Notes under the pieces: model-generated
What the model was told of the DNA's origin: nothing
The model's database searches: none
What the model saw: the letters and a program-made list of their open reading frames with translations, nothing else
Part shown: piece by piece, positions 1-11,380 of the stretch
How positions within the stretch are numbered: the first letter of the stretch is position 1
Layout: the number at the start of each line of letters is the position of its first letter
Source of the DNA: the human T2T-CHM13v2.0 reference genome, Homo sapiens
DNA length: 64,000 bases
Reading direction: 5' to 3' (one strand)
NCBI RefSeq assembly: GCF_009914755.1
Contig: NC_060929.1
Position numbers and translations under genes: made by a program

Positions 1-1384
1 TGAGATTGTGGCCATCCATGATCTTGAAGACATGGTGGTAGAATTAATGGGCTTTAAGTAGGGCTCAAGCAGATATGAGAGGGGAATACAACAGTCAGGA
101 TGTCTGAAATTTCTTTCAAGCAGTGCCTTGAAGAATCAGTGATCCACAGAATGTACTTTGGGAAATGCTATTTTTTACTAGAATTTTAGATGATTTTGTT
201 TTATTAAAAGATGTATCTTTAAGCTAACCATAGGCAGACCCTTTCATTTTTATTGTCAGAATTTTCAAAAATAGAAGAAAAGAGAGAGCAAAGAGAAAAA
301 TTTTGAAAATAGCAAAAATTCACTGCCAAAATTATTGTCCCACTGTGAGCACTCAGTAAACTTGAATAACTGCATCAGTATATCTAGAAGCCACATTGCT
401 GGCAAAATATTAGTGTCCACATTTTGAAAACAAACTTGCTCTGGCCTAGTAGAATATTATCATTTAGAACCTAGTGTTTTCTTAGAAAGTGTTGCTATAT
501 TTTTAGTCATTACAGGGATTACTCTACAGTGATGGGACCACTTAGCTGAAAAGCCTAGCTTTCTCCGGTGAATTCTAACAGTTGAAGAGATCACCATGAC
601 TAAAGGGATTGCAAGGATGTCTGTCTTTCACTTAAGATTTCTATGTCTCAGAATAATTTAGCTTTAGCTTGTAAATACAAGCTTGCTTCATAAAGGTAGA
701 TTGAAAAGATATATGCATTTGTTCAAGTACAGAGCCAAAGACTTCTGAAAAGGGGGCAATAAAAGAAAAAGGACAGTGCAGTCTCTCTTTCTCTCTCAAC
801 TTTAAAAACCTCCATAGCAACAATATATGTATGACTGTCACTAGTCTTCATATTGCTCTGACTCAGAGCTTAGTGGTTTAGTAATTGTGAGTTGTTTTCA
901 GAACATTACTTCTTCATTTGGCTTTTCTGGCATCAAACTGTATGACATGTATCCATAAATATATTCATCTATCTGTGTCATTTTTCAGTTTTGCTTTCTT
1001 CCTAGATGTTAACTCCCTAATTTTTTCCTATTCCTTGCTCATAATAAATTCCAGAGCAGTGCAATATATTACATCTTCCACACAACTTAGAATTCACTGT
1101 TTCGTATCTGTCATTTGAAGATAATCAGGATCTTTCACTACAAAATGACTAAACAGTGTATCCTGAAACAAGTAAATGATAGATTTCTTCTCAAGATGCA
1201 AAGAGAAAAGTGTTGAAAACTCAACATTTAAAACAGTGCTTGAAAAGTAACAGTAATTAAATGTCTATGTACAGATGATAGTTGGCTCATCCTACCTAAT
1301 TTGCTCTGAACTCAGTAATATTCTTAAAACCACTGTTATGTTGGTCCATTACTTGGTCCAGTTTCATTTTACCAGCCAATAGTA

Positions 1385-1465
1385 GTAATGATGATGATGA
1401 TAGCAGCTAGAGTTTATTGAATATTTATCATGTGTCAGGCCTGGGACCAAGTAGTTTGCACATAT
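1385..1465 (-). mobile_element. MIR SINE fragment (probably resumes at ~2430-2575)
   Basis: gatagcagctagagtttattgaatatttatcatgtgtcaggc resembles the reverse complement of the MIR 3' end. Confidence 0.55.
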
Positions 1466-1466
1466 A

Positions 1467-1579
1467 TCTGCAATCAGCCACTTCTCTTCATCCGCACACC
1501 TCAGTCCAAGCCACCACTGTCTATAGCTCCGACTACTGGAGTAACTTCCTAATTAGTTCCCCTGCTTTCATTCTTTTCT

Positions 1580-1610
<31 letters not shown>

Positions 1611-2428
1611 GAGACAGGGTCTCATGCTGTTGCCCAGGCTGAACTGCAGTGGTTCAATCACAGCTTACTGCAGCCTTGACTTCCCCAGGCCCAGGTGATC
1701 CTCCCACCTTAGCCTTCAGAGTAGCTGGGAATACAGGCACAAGCCACCACACCCGGCTAATTTTTGTATTGTTTGTAGAAATGGGGTCTCACCATGTTGC
1801 CCAGGCTGATCTAAAACTCCTGGGCTCAAGCAATCCACCCACCTCAGCCTTCCAAAGTACTGGGATTACAGGCATGAGCCACCTCATGCCTGGCCCTCAT
1901 TCTTCACTCTTTACAATTCATGCCCACACAACATGAATCTGCAATGATCTTTTATAAAGTATTTTACAGCACATCCGTCTCCTGCTTAAAATGCTTTTAA
2001 AGGCCTCTCACTGTACTTAAAACCCATTCCAAACCTACTTACCATGACTTTCAAAGCCATATCTGCCCACCCACACTGGCATTCCTCAGACACATGGAAT
2101 TCATCACCACCCTGGCTGTGGCACTAACTACCTCCTCTGCCCTGATCTTCACATCTGAAATGTTACTGCAAAGGGGCACTCCATGATGACCCAGTCTAAT
2201 CTAGTCCCCAGTCACTTTCAATGACATCATTTATATTGAATGCTCTACGTACCACTCATCAGCATCTGATACTGTATTCTGTTTTTCTATTTGCTCATTG
2301 TCTGACTCCTTCCCCTAGGATATTTGTTCTGTGAGAATAGAGATCCATCTGTCCTATTCACCATTAGCCCAGTACCCAGTGCATAATAGGCCTTCCATAA
2401 ATATGTGCTGAGTGAATAAATGAATGCA
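1467..2428 (+). mobile_element. L2 LINE 3' fragment, interrupted by AluJ
   Basis: L2-like body (cagtccaagccaccact..., tcctgcttaaaatgctttt...) ending in the L2 tail aaatatgtgctgagtgaataaatgaatg. Confidence 0.75.
1583..1895 (-). mobile_element. AluJ SINE, full length
   Basis: Poly-T then gagacagggtctc...gctcaagcaatcc...gggattacaggcatgagccac; degenerate TSD TCATTCTTTTCTCT / TCATTCTTCACTCT. Confidence 0.95.
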
Positions 2429-3206
2429 TGAGCAACATTCTAAGCCAAGAACATTATACGAAGAGGTGAGGAACATTATATTTAGATATGAAGAAAACAA
2501 GCCTTAGAAAGACTAGGCAGGCTGTGAAAGTACAAAGCTTCTATGTGTAAAAGCAGGATTTTACATTCTACTTTTGGATAGGCAAGTTGATAGTAGGGCA
2601 TAGGTGGGGTAGGACAGATAAGCAAGCCATTGATCTGTATTGTAAATGGAGGAAAAAAGTTGACTTATACCCTCTAGAGTCCTCTCTGGCAAAGACAACA
2701 TCATCAGGCACAGAAATGGCACCGATGCCTAAAGGGAAAGGAAACATTCCTATGGTGGGGCATCTTCAGTGCTTTTTACCTGGTGACAGTGTCAAAAGGG
2801 TCTCTCATCTTAAGAAAGGCTGGCCCATATTTAAAAAGGCTCTGGAGCAATGATCCTTCTTCTCTGAGGAATCAGAGACAACCTTGAGAATCTGAGTAAA
2901 ATTAAGCACTCTTTCTCTGGGGGTATGGGAAAAAAAGCCATTTTATATAGAGTTTCAGAAGATCTCAAATCCAAAATGTAGTTCTGATACAGAAAGTTTT
3001 CTTTTGTTTCTCTGCAACATTAGAAGGTGATTTTTGGCCCACTCTTCTGGGAAGGACAAGCAGACACCCCCTGCTCCCTGAAGGGGATTGAGCAATGATA
3101 ATGTCCTAAAGGCTGAGCCTTCCCTAACCTTAAAGATAAGGAAGCCAGCTCTCAATGTCCCCTAACTTGGGCTCAGGTTTAAAGTATCATCCAGACCCTA
3201 ACTGAT

Positions 3207-3357
3207 GAATTCTTCATTCTTTTATTCAACAAATGTTTGTGAGCATCTACCATGTGATAGGTGCTGTACTGGGTTCAGAGGCTATGAGACAGCAAGGTGT
3301 GGCCCTTGCTTTCAAGGAACTCACATACCCATAGGGAAGGCAGATACACAAACAAGC
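3207..3357 (-). mobile_element. L2 3' fragment
   Basis: ttcattcttttattcaacaaatgtttgtgagcatctaccatgtgataggtgctgtactgg matches the L2 tail in reverse. Confidence 0.7.
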
Positions 3358-3849
3358 AATTTCATTCCAGAGCACCACGGAACTACCTGCTACTCTCATT
3401 GCAGGAGGCAGTAAGTGAGTGTCATTTAATCATCAGTAGAGTAAGAGAAATCCAAATCATCAGCCTTCTTCTGACCAAAGAGTTTCTAGGTAAGGTACAT
3501 AAAACACATTTTCAGATACACTTTTTAGGTTTTGTTATATGACACGCCCGACTTAGTCTGATTATACAGACCATCTGGAAACTGCACTGCCGTTGGACTC
3601 AAAGGCCGACTTCTGAAAAAGTGGGAATCAGGCTTGATGAAACTGCCTGGAACATTTTGATCTTATCTATTTTTGAGCTGCAGAAGTTACATCTTACTAA
3701 AAACTGAGAGGCACCTGGGACTTTGGGAGAGGAGAATCTTTTTTTAGCTAACAGCACTTTTATTCCAATGTTTATGGTATAAATGTATAAACAGTTTATA
3801 CTGTTCCGCCACATTCCTTCTGTTTAGCCTCCACAAATTAGGAAAGGGT

Positions 3850-4045
3850 AGCATGAACTAAAGAATAAAATGTTGTGAAGATACATAGGAGAGGCTCCTA
3901 AACCAAGGTTTGAGGGACCAGAGAAACCCACTTGAAGGATAAACAGGGGTTGGCCGGATTTTTTAGCAGAAAGTGGTAGTGATACAGGTTGTATCCAGGC
4001 AGAGAAGAGCATGTACAAAGGCATGGAGTCAAGAAAATATTCCAG
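3850..4045 (-). mobile_element. L2 fragment
   Basis: ccaggcagagaagagcatgtacaaaggcatggagtcaagaaa is a typical antisense L2 motif. Confidence 0.55.
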
Positions 4046-4544
4046 ATTCTGCAGTCCACCTCTGCATTGGTGCAATAGTCTTTCATCCGGGCAATAACAT
4101 TGGTTGAGCTTATAAATTTCCAAATAGCTCATCTAGTACCCAGTAGATACATCTTCTGTCTTACCTTCATCTGCAACATAAATAAATGCTGTAAAATCTC
4201 ATTAGAGTGTAACCTCAAATTGTCTTCTTATTTTAAGACTAAAGTTTAGAAATAAAATCTTCTCAAGTTAAAAGATAACAAAAATGCTCTGAGGGAGGCT
4301 GAGCTTCCTTGACTGTCTAATAGGTTATGGATTCAGGGTGTTTATGTTCAAGTACTTAATGCTTACTCATTAAGAGCTTAGCATCATTCTTCTGTTGATA
4401 TCAGCCCAACCACGATTTTAAACACTGCTCTGGTAGGGTTTGCAGCAAATTCAAATTGCCACACTTTCCAGCCAATTCTGGCTCTTAAGTAATCCAATAG
4501 CAAGCTATGAGGAAGTCACCTCACTTATTCTCTGCCTATAACAG

Positions 4545-4750
4545 TAGCTGCTATGATTGTCTAAGCACATTTCTTATGCCAGAAATTATATTACATACGT
4601 ATCTCATTTAATCCTTACAATAACTCTGTGCCATGGGAATCATTTTGCCTATGGTGCAGATGAGAAAACTGAAGCTCAAAGACATCAAGTAACTTACCCA
4701 AGGTCACACAGCTGGACAGTGGCAGAATTTGACATCTATTCTCTTAATTA
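4545..4750 (-). mobile_element. MIR SINE
   Basis: tctcatttaatccttacaataac...cagatgagaaaactgaagctc...aagtaacttacccaaggtcacacagct core. Confidence 0.85.
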
Positions 4751-4880
4751 CTGTTCTCTAAGACTTCCAGTAATGTGTTCTGATTACATGTTTACACTGA
4801 CTCTCATGGATCACCAAAAAAAAGAAAGTTTCTGAACATTACTACTAGGTGTTCCCTTTACTGGAATAACTTAAGAAAAG

Positions 4881-5235
4881 AGATCTCACTTATATACACA
4901 TTTTGAAAAGTCAAACTCATAAAAGCTGAGTAGAATGGTGTTTACCTGGTCCAGGGGTTTGGTGTGGGGGATGAGTTGTGAGATCTTGGTCAAAAGACAC
5001 AAAATTTCAGCTAGACAAGAAGAAAAAACTCAAGAGATCTATTGTATGACATGGTGACTATAGTTTATAATAATACATTGCATACTTGAAAATCACTGAG
5101 AGTAGATATTAACTGTTCTCATCACAAAAAATGTTAATTAGCTCAAAGTAGCCATTCTACAATGTGTAACCATCCTGCTATACACCAAAAATATATATAG
5201 TTTTATTTGTCCATTTAAAAAATAAATTTTAAAAT
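4881..5235 (+). mobile_element. L1MA-type LINE 3' end
   Basis: ttggtcaaaagacacaaaatttcagctagac...gagatctattgtatgacatggtgactatagt...A-rich tail. Confidence 0.85.
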
Positions 5236-5587
5236 ATATAAATAAAAAACATTTTGAAGGCAAAAAGAACACTGCAAGTTCAAAATTAAATTGTGTGACT
5301 AGGTTACAGTGATCCTTGTCATAGATTGTGGATTTCAATAAGTCCATGGGTGAAAATCACTCTTACTCCTTTTAGAAAATAAGACCGTGTTACAAACAAA
5401 GGCTCATTCATTAAAACTGCTGGCATCTAGGTTTAAAAGAGAAACTTAATCTTTTGTAACCTAGGAATGCACAATACAGAAGAAGTGCTGGCCTTGGACT
5501 CCTCTGGATGAACTTTTTGTTCCACCCTAATCTCCCAACACCTGTGCTATCTCCTGTTCACCTTCCATGGTCCTGGTCCTCAGAAAC

Positions 5588-5620
5588 TTTTTTTTTTTAA
5601 TATACTTTAAGTTTTAGGGT
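5588..5620 (-). mobile_element. Extremely truncated young L1PA 3' tip
   Basis: T-run + aatatactttaagttttagggt; the reverse complement accctaaaacttaaagtata matches the L1PA2-5 3' terminus. Confidence 0.6.
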
Positions 5621-5689
5621 CCAGGGGCCTTTGGCTGAGGTGCTCTGTCATCTCACTCACTGCTTGCCTTCCAGATCCCTTCCACCCTA

Positions 5690-6085
5690 AAGGACCCACC
5701 TTGAAAACCACCGCTTCAGTCAAGTGCTCCTTATGGCCTCAACTCATGATAAGTGTTCCCTCCTCTGACTTCCTAAAATATTAATTATTTGTGACTGTGG
5801 TTTCCTTCTTACTGTATTGTGTGTAAGTCATGTCCTTTGTCTTCCATGGCACTGTGAGGGCCTTGAAGACAGAATCCAGGTACTTACTCCTTTGCATCCA
5901 CAGCTCTGTTATTTGACACAGGACTGGTCACATCATAATTTCTCAATAAGTACTCCTTGCTTTAAATTGAACATTTATTTTCCTTGACACCTTCCTTGGA
6001 TCACAATAAGCTCTTTAAGGCTAGGAATGGGTCTCCTTTATGTTTACTAATGCTTTACACTGCAGAGATTCAATGAGTGTCCAGC
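5690..6085 (+). mobile_element. L2 3' fragments
   Basis: ctgtgagggccttgaagacagaatccagg...ctcaataagtact; taagctctttaaggctaggaatgggtct. Confidence 0.5.
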
Positions 6086-6194
6086 AAAAGTTAAATCACA
6101 AACTTACAGTGGAGGCTCAACCTAGCTTCTTAACATAAGGATTTCCATTGTATGTTCAAATTAATTCCTTTTAATTAAAATAATAACAATGATA

Positions 6195-6370
6195 ATTTGT
6201 ATACACTGCAAAATGAATGGAAGAAATTATACCAAACTATGAATAATCATTCTCTCTGGTGACAGAATTGTGGGTAATTTATTTTGTTTGTTTTTTTTCT
6301 ATATTTTTATATAGCTATACTTTAAATTTTTCTACAATAACTAGGCACTACTTATAATTGGAATAAATAA
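6195..6370 (+). mobile_element. L1ME-type 3' end fragment
   Basis: ggaagaaattataccaaactatgaataatcattctctctggtgacagaattgtgggtaattt...ttttctacaataac. Confidence 0.55.
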
Positions 6371-7934
6371 CATTAAAATATTTAAAAACCTAAGTCAACT
6401 AAAAAGATTTCAAAAACTTAAAAAGATTCTGTTGCCCTCCCGATGTCATTGCCTTTTGTTTGGGGAAGTTCAACTTCACAGGGCTCTTCATTCAGTTCAA
6501 CTACTAATGGTGCACAACAATTTTCTCTTGAGTACTTTACACATCGCTTTATTGTCCTTTCTCCTTGGTGACTAGTATCCAGCACCTCTTGAATTCCTTC
6601 AAATTCTACTGTGCTAGAGAAAGGAAAGTCACCTGAATCAAATGTGTCACTTTCAAATTGGACAATTTTGCAAATAGATTACTGATGCAGAGCTGAATAT
6701 ATCAAACATATCGAATGACACTTCTGTCCAAGGCAACGGGCTTTCCAAGTTGATGAATGCAGCAACTAAAGTTGACACTAAAATGAGTTGGATAATTTTA
6801 AAAGCAAAACAAAGATTAAAATAAGAGATGTGGGTGTCCAGAAAATATCAAGAACAAATAAGTTTGCAGTGTTTGTTATTGTCGGGGTAAGCTTGCTGTC
6901 GTTGTTATTGTTGTGGTTACTGTTTATCATTAACAATGATGAATAACATTATTTAACTTTTCTTGCAAAGTGCTTTTCTATCTCTTTTGGTAAGTGTAAT
7001 TTCTATTATGAGAGGAGAAAAGTCAGGGCTAATGTATGTCACCACAGGCTGTAAAGTACTCTTCTAATATTCATTATATTTGTAGCTTAAATGTCCCACT
7101 TCACCAGCTAAGTCACAAAATAAGGTCATATTTCTTTGCATATCCTAGCCATAGCACCTTTAGGCTCCCAAATCCCCACAAGGAAAGGAAGTCAAAACTT
7201 TCTGTAGGTTTTCTCCAACCCAAGTAATTTCTGGGACTCTGGAGCAGTCTACTACATGTTCTGCTAATCAATCTGCTAAAGTGACCCTTTTACCCACTCT
7301 GGCTTCCTAATCCTGGCATACCAGACCTCTATGCCTAATGCTCCCATCTTGGAACTTACTCCTGTGGGCTGCTCACGCTGTGCAGATTTCATCCAAACAT
7401 GGACTCTGATTGCTCCCTGATTTCCATAAAAACACAGTTAAGTCAGTGGCGTTAGCCAAAGATAAAGTGAAAGTTTGGCATTTAGAGAACTCAGTGCTAA
7501 AAATGAGTTACTCTTCCTCTGCTGTTGGCCCTCTTAGAGTTCACAAACCCTACAGCCAATTTTAGAGTCCCTACCTTGCTCTCAAATAACTCCATGTAAC
7601 AACATGATCGATTCATCTTGTACTTTTCTTTCCACTACCATTGATCAGACTCGCTTGACCACTTTATCCCATAGTCATGAGATCCTAAATCCTCTGGTCC
7701 AGATGGTGAAAAATGGCAGTTTTCTTCCCCAAATTCAAGACCCACCTTTTTCCCCAAGCATGACTGAGAGCAGAAACAGCCAGGACCTTCAGAGGAATCA
7801 TTCACACCACTCACAGGTTGAAATTCAACTTTCATGGCATAAACAGGGCTATTACAATACAAACAATGCATTTCCCAAAGTCTAGGTTGTTCATTCTTAA
7901 TTAACTCTTATGGCAGACAAAATGCTATAATCGA

Positions 7935-8250
7935 TAGTTCCATTTCCTATTACTGGGCACGCAAGAAGATAGCATTTCCCAGACTTCCTTACAGTCAGGT
8001 CAGCACTATTTCTTCAGTCTGTTTGATGGCTTAAAAGTGTGGTCTTCTTGGCTGAAATAGTAAACCAACCTTGTGCAACCCTCCAGCTCTTTTCCTCTGC
8101 CACAGTGATCAGAGAAATTACATTTTCCAAATGTAAATGGTCTGGATGCTGAAGTCACTTTCTGTGAGGGAGCCACCCTAGAGAGCTAAAGTCACCTTGG
8201 ATATGACAGGGGCTAAAAATAAAAATTCACTGAGTCTTACTATTTAATAG
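7935..8250 (+). mobile_element. Old MaLR LTR (MLT1I/J-like)
   Basis: ctgggcacgcaagaagatagcatttcccagacttccttacagtcagg resembles the MLT1H-J 5' region. Confidence 0.5.
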
Positions 8251-8766
8251 TCAGTGGTCAGTGTGCTGGGTATGAAGACATGGGGTGCAAAGACAGACAT
8301 GCATTCTGCCCTCATGATCTTAAGAATGTTTGTTGTTGGATGCAAGGAGTTTGCAATTTGTCTTAAGAACAACCATGAGAGCTTGAAGGATTTCAAGCAA
8401 GGATGTTTTATTAGTTGGGGTTCTCCAAAGAAAGCCTATGGTGTAGTTCAAAGATCTGAGAACCTGAAAGCCAATGGTGTAGATTTCAGCCTGAGTCTAC
8501 AGGCCTGAGAAGCAGGAAGGCCAAGCGTGGGAGATCAGGGTTCTATTCAAACAGTCAAGCAGAAAGAGAGAGAGAGAGAAAGTGAATTCTCCCTTCTTCC
8601 ATCCTTTCGTTCTCTTCAGGCCCTCAAGGGATTGGATGATGCCCACCCACTTTGGGGAGGGAAATCAGCTTTACTCAATCTACTGATTCAAATGCTAATC
8701 TCTTCCAGAAACACCTTCACAGACACACCCCAAAATAAAGTTTAACTAGATATGTGGACATCTTGT

Positions 8767-9392
8767 TGAGAGGTGAAGCTGGCTGGGCTTCTGAGTCGGG
8801 TGGGGACTTGGAGAACTTTTCTGTCTAGCTAAAGGATTGTAAACACAGCAATCAGTGCTCCATGTCTAGCTAAAGGTTTGTAAACACACCAATCAGCACT
8901 CTGTAAAAACGCACCAATCAGTGCTCTGTGTCTAGATAAAGGTTTGTAAACGCACCAACCAGCACTCTGTAAAAACAGACCAATCAGCACTCTGTAAAAT
9001 GGACCAATCAGCAGGACGTGGACCAGGCTAAATAAGGGAATAAAAGTTGGCCACCCGAGCCAGCAGCGGCAACCCACTCGGGTCCCCTTCCACACTGTGG
9101 AAGCTTTGTTCTTTCGCTCTTCACAATAAATCTTGCTGCTGCTCACTCTCTGGGTCCACACTACCTTTATGAGCTGTAACACTCACTGCAAAGGTCTGCG
9201 GCTTCACTCCTCAAGTCAGCAAGACCACGATCCCATCAGAAGGAAGAAACTCCGGATACATATGAACATCAGAGGAACAAACTCCGGACACACCATCTTT
9301 AAGAACTGTAACACTCACCTCGAGGGTCCGTGGCTTCATTCTTGAAGTCAGCGAGACCAAGAACCCACCAGAAGGAACCAATTCCGGACACA
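8767..9392 (+). mobile_element. LTR12-family (ERV9/ERV1) solo LTR
   Basis: Starts TGAGAGGTGAAGCTGGCTGGGCTTCTG, carries tandem tctagctaaagg/caccaatcagcactctgt repeats, ends AATTCCGGACACA; exact 4-bp TSD TTGT (8763-8766, 9393-9396). Confidence 0.97.
8889..9046 (+). promoter_or_regulatory. LTR12 U3 promoter: CCAAT (NF-Y) boxes, GATA site, TATA-like AATAAAAG
   Basis: CCAAT at 8889, 8914, 8980, 9004; AGATAA 8934-8939; AATAAAAG 9039-9046. Motifs only, activity unknown. Confidence 0.65.
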
Positions 9393-10670
9393 TTGTGATC
9401 CAGTTAAGTGGACACATAAAATTAACTCTCACAAATATACCATGATCCAATATTCTTCTTGGAAAGATCTCTGTAAAAGACATGTGAGAAATACAGGCAA
9501 GAGAGAAAGACTAGAGGTAGTGACCCAGGGCAGAGCTGGTGATGGCCTGTACTGTGGTGGCCGTGAAATGAATGCAGATCGGTGTCGCTCTGGGAGTGAA
9601 CAGAAACAGATGGGTGCGATGAGTACCATCCCCACACACAGGAACATTTTAATTTCTGTTAAATATTTTTTGGAAGACTGATTTATAGAAATTTGTACCC
9701 ATTTTTACAATTTACAAAAAATTTCAAAATTACCTAAAAATAGCCTTTATTCTTAATTGGTACCCTGGCGCTCTGGCAGCATGTGGCCCCAGTGAGGACG
9801 GCATTGTGTGTGCAGTGTCACCTGCCACATACTTCCTTCTTCACAAGGTAGGGAAACCCCTGCCTCTGACATGAGAAAACCTAAAAACTCAAAATGGTGT
9901 GAAGATGTGAAGAACGGCATGCTGCGCTATCAAGGATTGTGATGATCTTAAAAGAGAAAAAACTATCAATTCTCTTCCTTTCCCCACGTCTGTTGTATCA
10001 AACCCAAAGTCCTTTATCTCTTCTAGCAAACCAACCACAGCTCTCCACCTTAGCCCGTTATCCTTCTCCAAAATATCCATGTAATAGGTTTCCTTTGGCC
10101 TCATGGGAGGAGTCAGACTCAGACCTCAATGCCTGTGATACAGAGGAGGTTCAGGATCCACTTCTCACCTGTAATTCCCTCACCTTGTCCTCACGGTCTC
10201 AGGATAGCTGAGTCTCCCCATCTCCTGCCTCTTATCACACCAGCACACCTCGGTCTTTCTCATTACACAGTAACTGTATTTAAGTATGTTTCTGAATTAA
10301 CTTGTTTTTGAAATGTTACTTTGTTTTCTTTCTCTTTTCTAAATAGTATATAAAATAGGATCATAGAAAGTAAAATATACAGTTACCTTTAAGGTTTACT
10401 TTGCGATATTTTATTCCTTAATTACTTTTTAATTTTGACATTAAAGATAGAAATGACCTATGGTTTAACAGTTAGGAATTGATTAGGAAATTTTTAGAAA
10501 AGCACCAAAGTAGAGCAGAACACTAACAAACCACACATGTTCTTCATTACCTCATAGTCAGATAGGGTGTATTTTAGGCCAGAGTTCAGGACAAGCTTAA
10601 GGCTCATTGTTTCTACTTCCGTATTTGTCCATGCTGCATTTCTGTGGCCCATCTCTGATTTCAGCCACAG

Positions 10671-11380
10671 CTGTGGTGGACGGTCCCTACTGTGGTGGAC
10701 AGTTCCCACGATGATAGAGAGTTCCCACTCTGGTAGTCAGTCCCCATTGTGATGGTGAGTCCCCACTGCGGTGGACAGTCCCCACTGTGGTGGACAGTTC
10801 CCACTCTGGTGGTCAGTCCACACTATGATGGTCAGTCCCCACTGTGGTGGCCAGTCCCCAATGTGGTGGTCAGTCCCCACTGTGGTGGCCAGTCCCCACT
10901 GTGGTGGTCAGTCCCCAATGTGGTGTTCAGTCCCCACTGTGGTGGTCAGTTCCCACTGTGGTGGTCAGTCCCCACTGTGGTGCACAGTTCCCACTCTGGT
11001 GGTCAGTCCACACTATGATGGTCAGTCTCCACTGTGGTGGTCAGTTCCCAATCTGGTGGACAGTCCCCACTGTGATGGTCAGTCCCCACTGTGGTGGTCA
11101 GTCCCCACTTTGGTGGTCAGTTCCCACTATCATAATCAGTCCCCACTATGATGGTCAGTCCCCACTGTGGTGGTCAGTCCATACTATAATGGCATGTCCC
11201 CAGTGTGGTGGTCAGTTCCCCCTGAGGTAGTCAGTCCCCACAGTGATGGTCAGTCACCACTGTGGTGGACAGTTCCTGCTATGATGGTCAGTTCCCACTG
11301 TGGTGGGCAGGCCCTGCTGTGATGAACGGTGCTTACTGTGGTGGATGGTCCCTGCTGTGGTGGGTGGTTTTCACCATGGT
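10671..11380. repeat. Minisatellite/VNTR, 19-bp unit (consensus CAGTCCCCACTGTGGTGGT), about 37 copies
   Basis: TGTGGTG recurs at 10843, 10862, 10881, 10900, 10919, 10938, 10957, 10976 (period 19); units degenerate at both edges. Confidence 0.97.

Larger units (their letters stand above)
8404..9433 (-). mobile_element. MLT2 (MLT2C-like, ERVL) LTR, split by LTR12
   Basis: ggattggatgatgcccacccac...ccagaaacaccttcacagacacaccc, resuming after LTR12 as ccagttaagtggacacataaaattaactctcaca (reverse of the MLT2 5' end). Confidence 0.85.

Noticed and set aside
10671-11380. CRISPR-like array
   Set aside because: Units are head-to-tail with no unique spacers, there are no cas genes, and the context is primate DNA; it is a minisatellite
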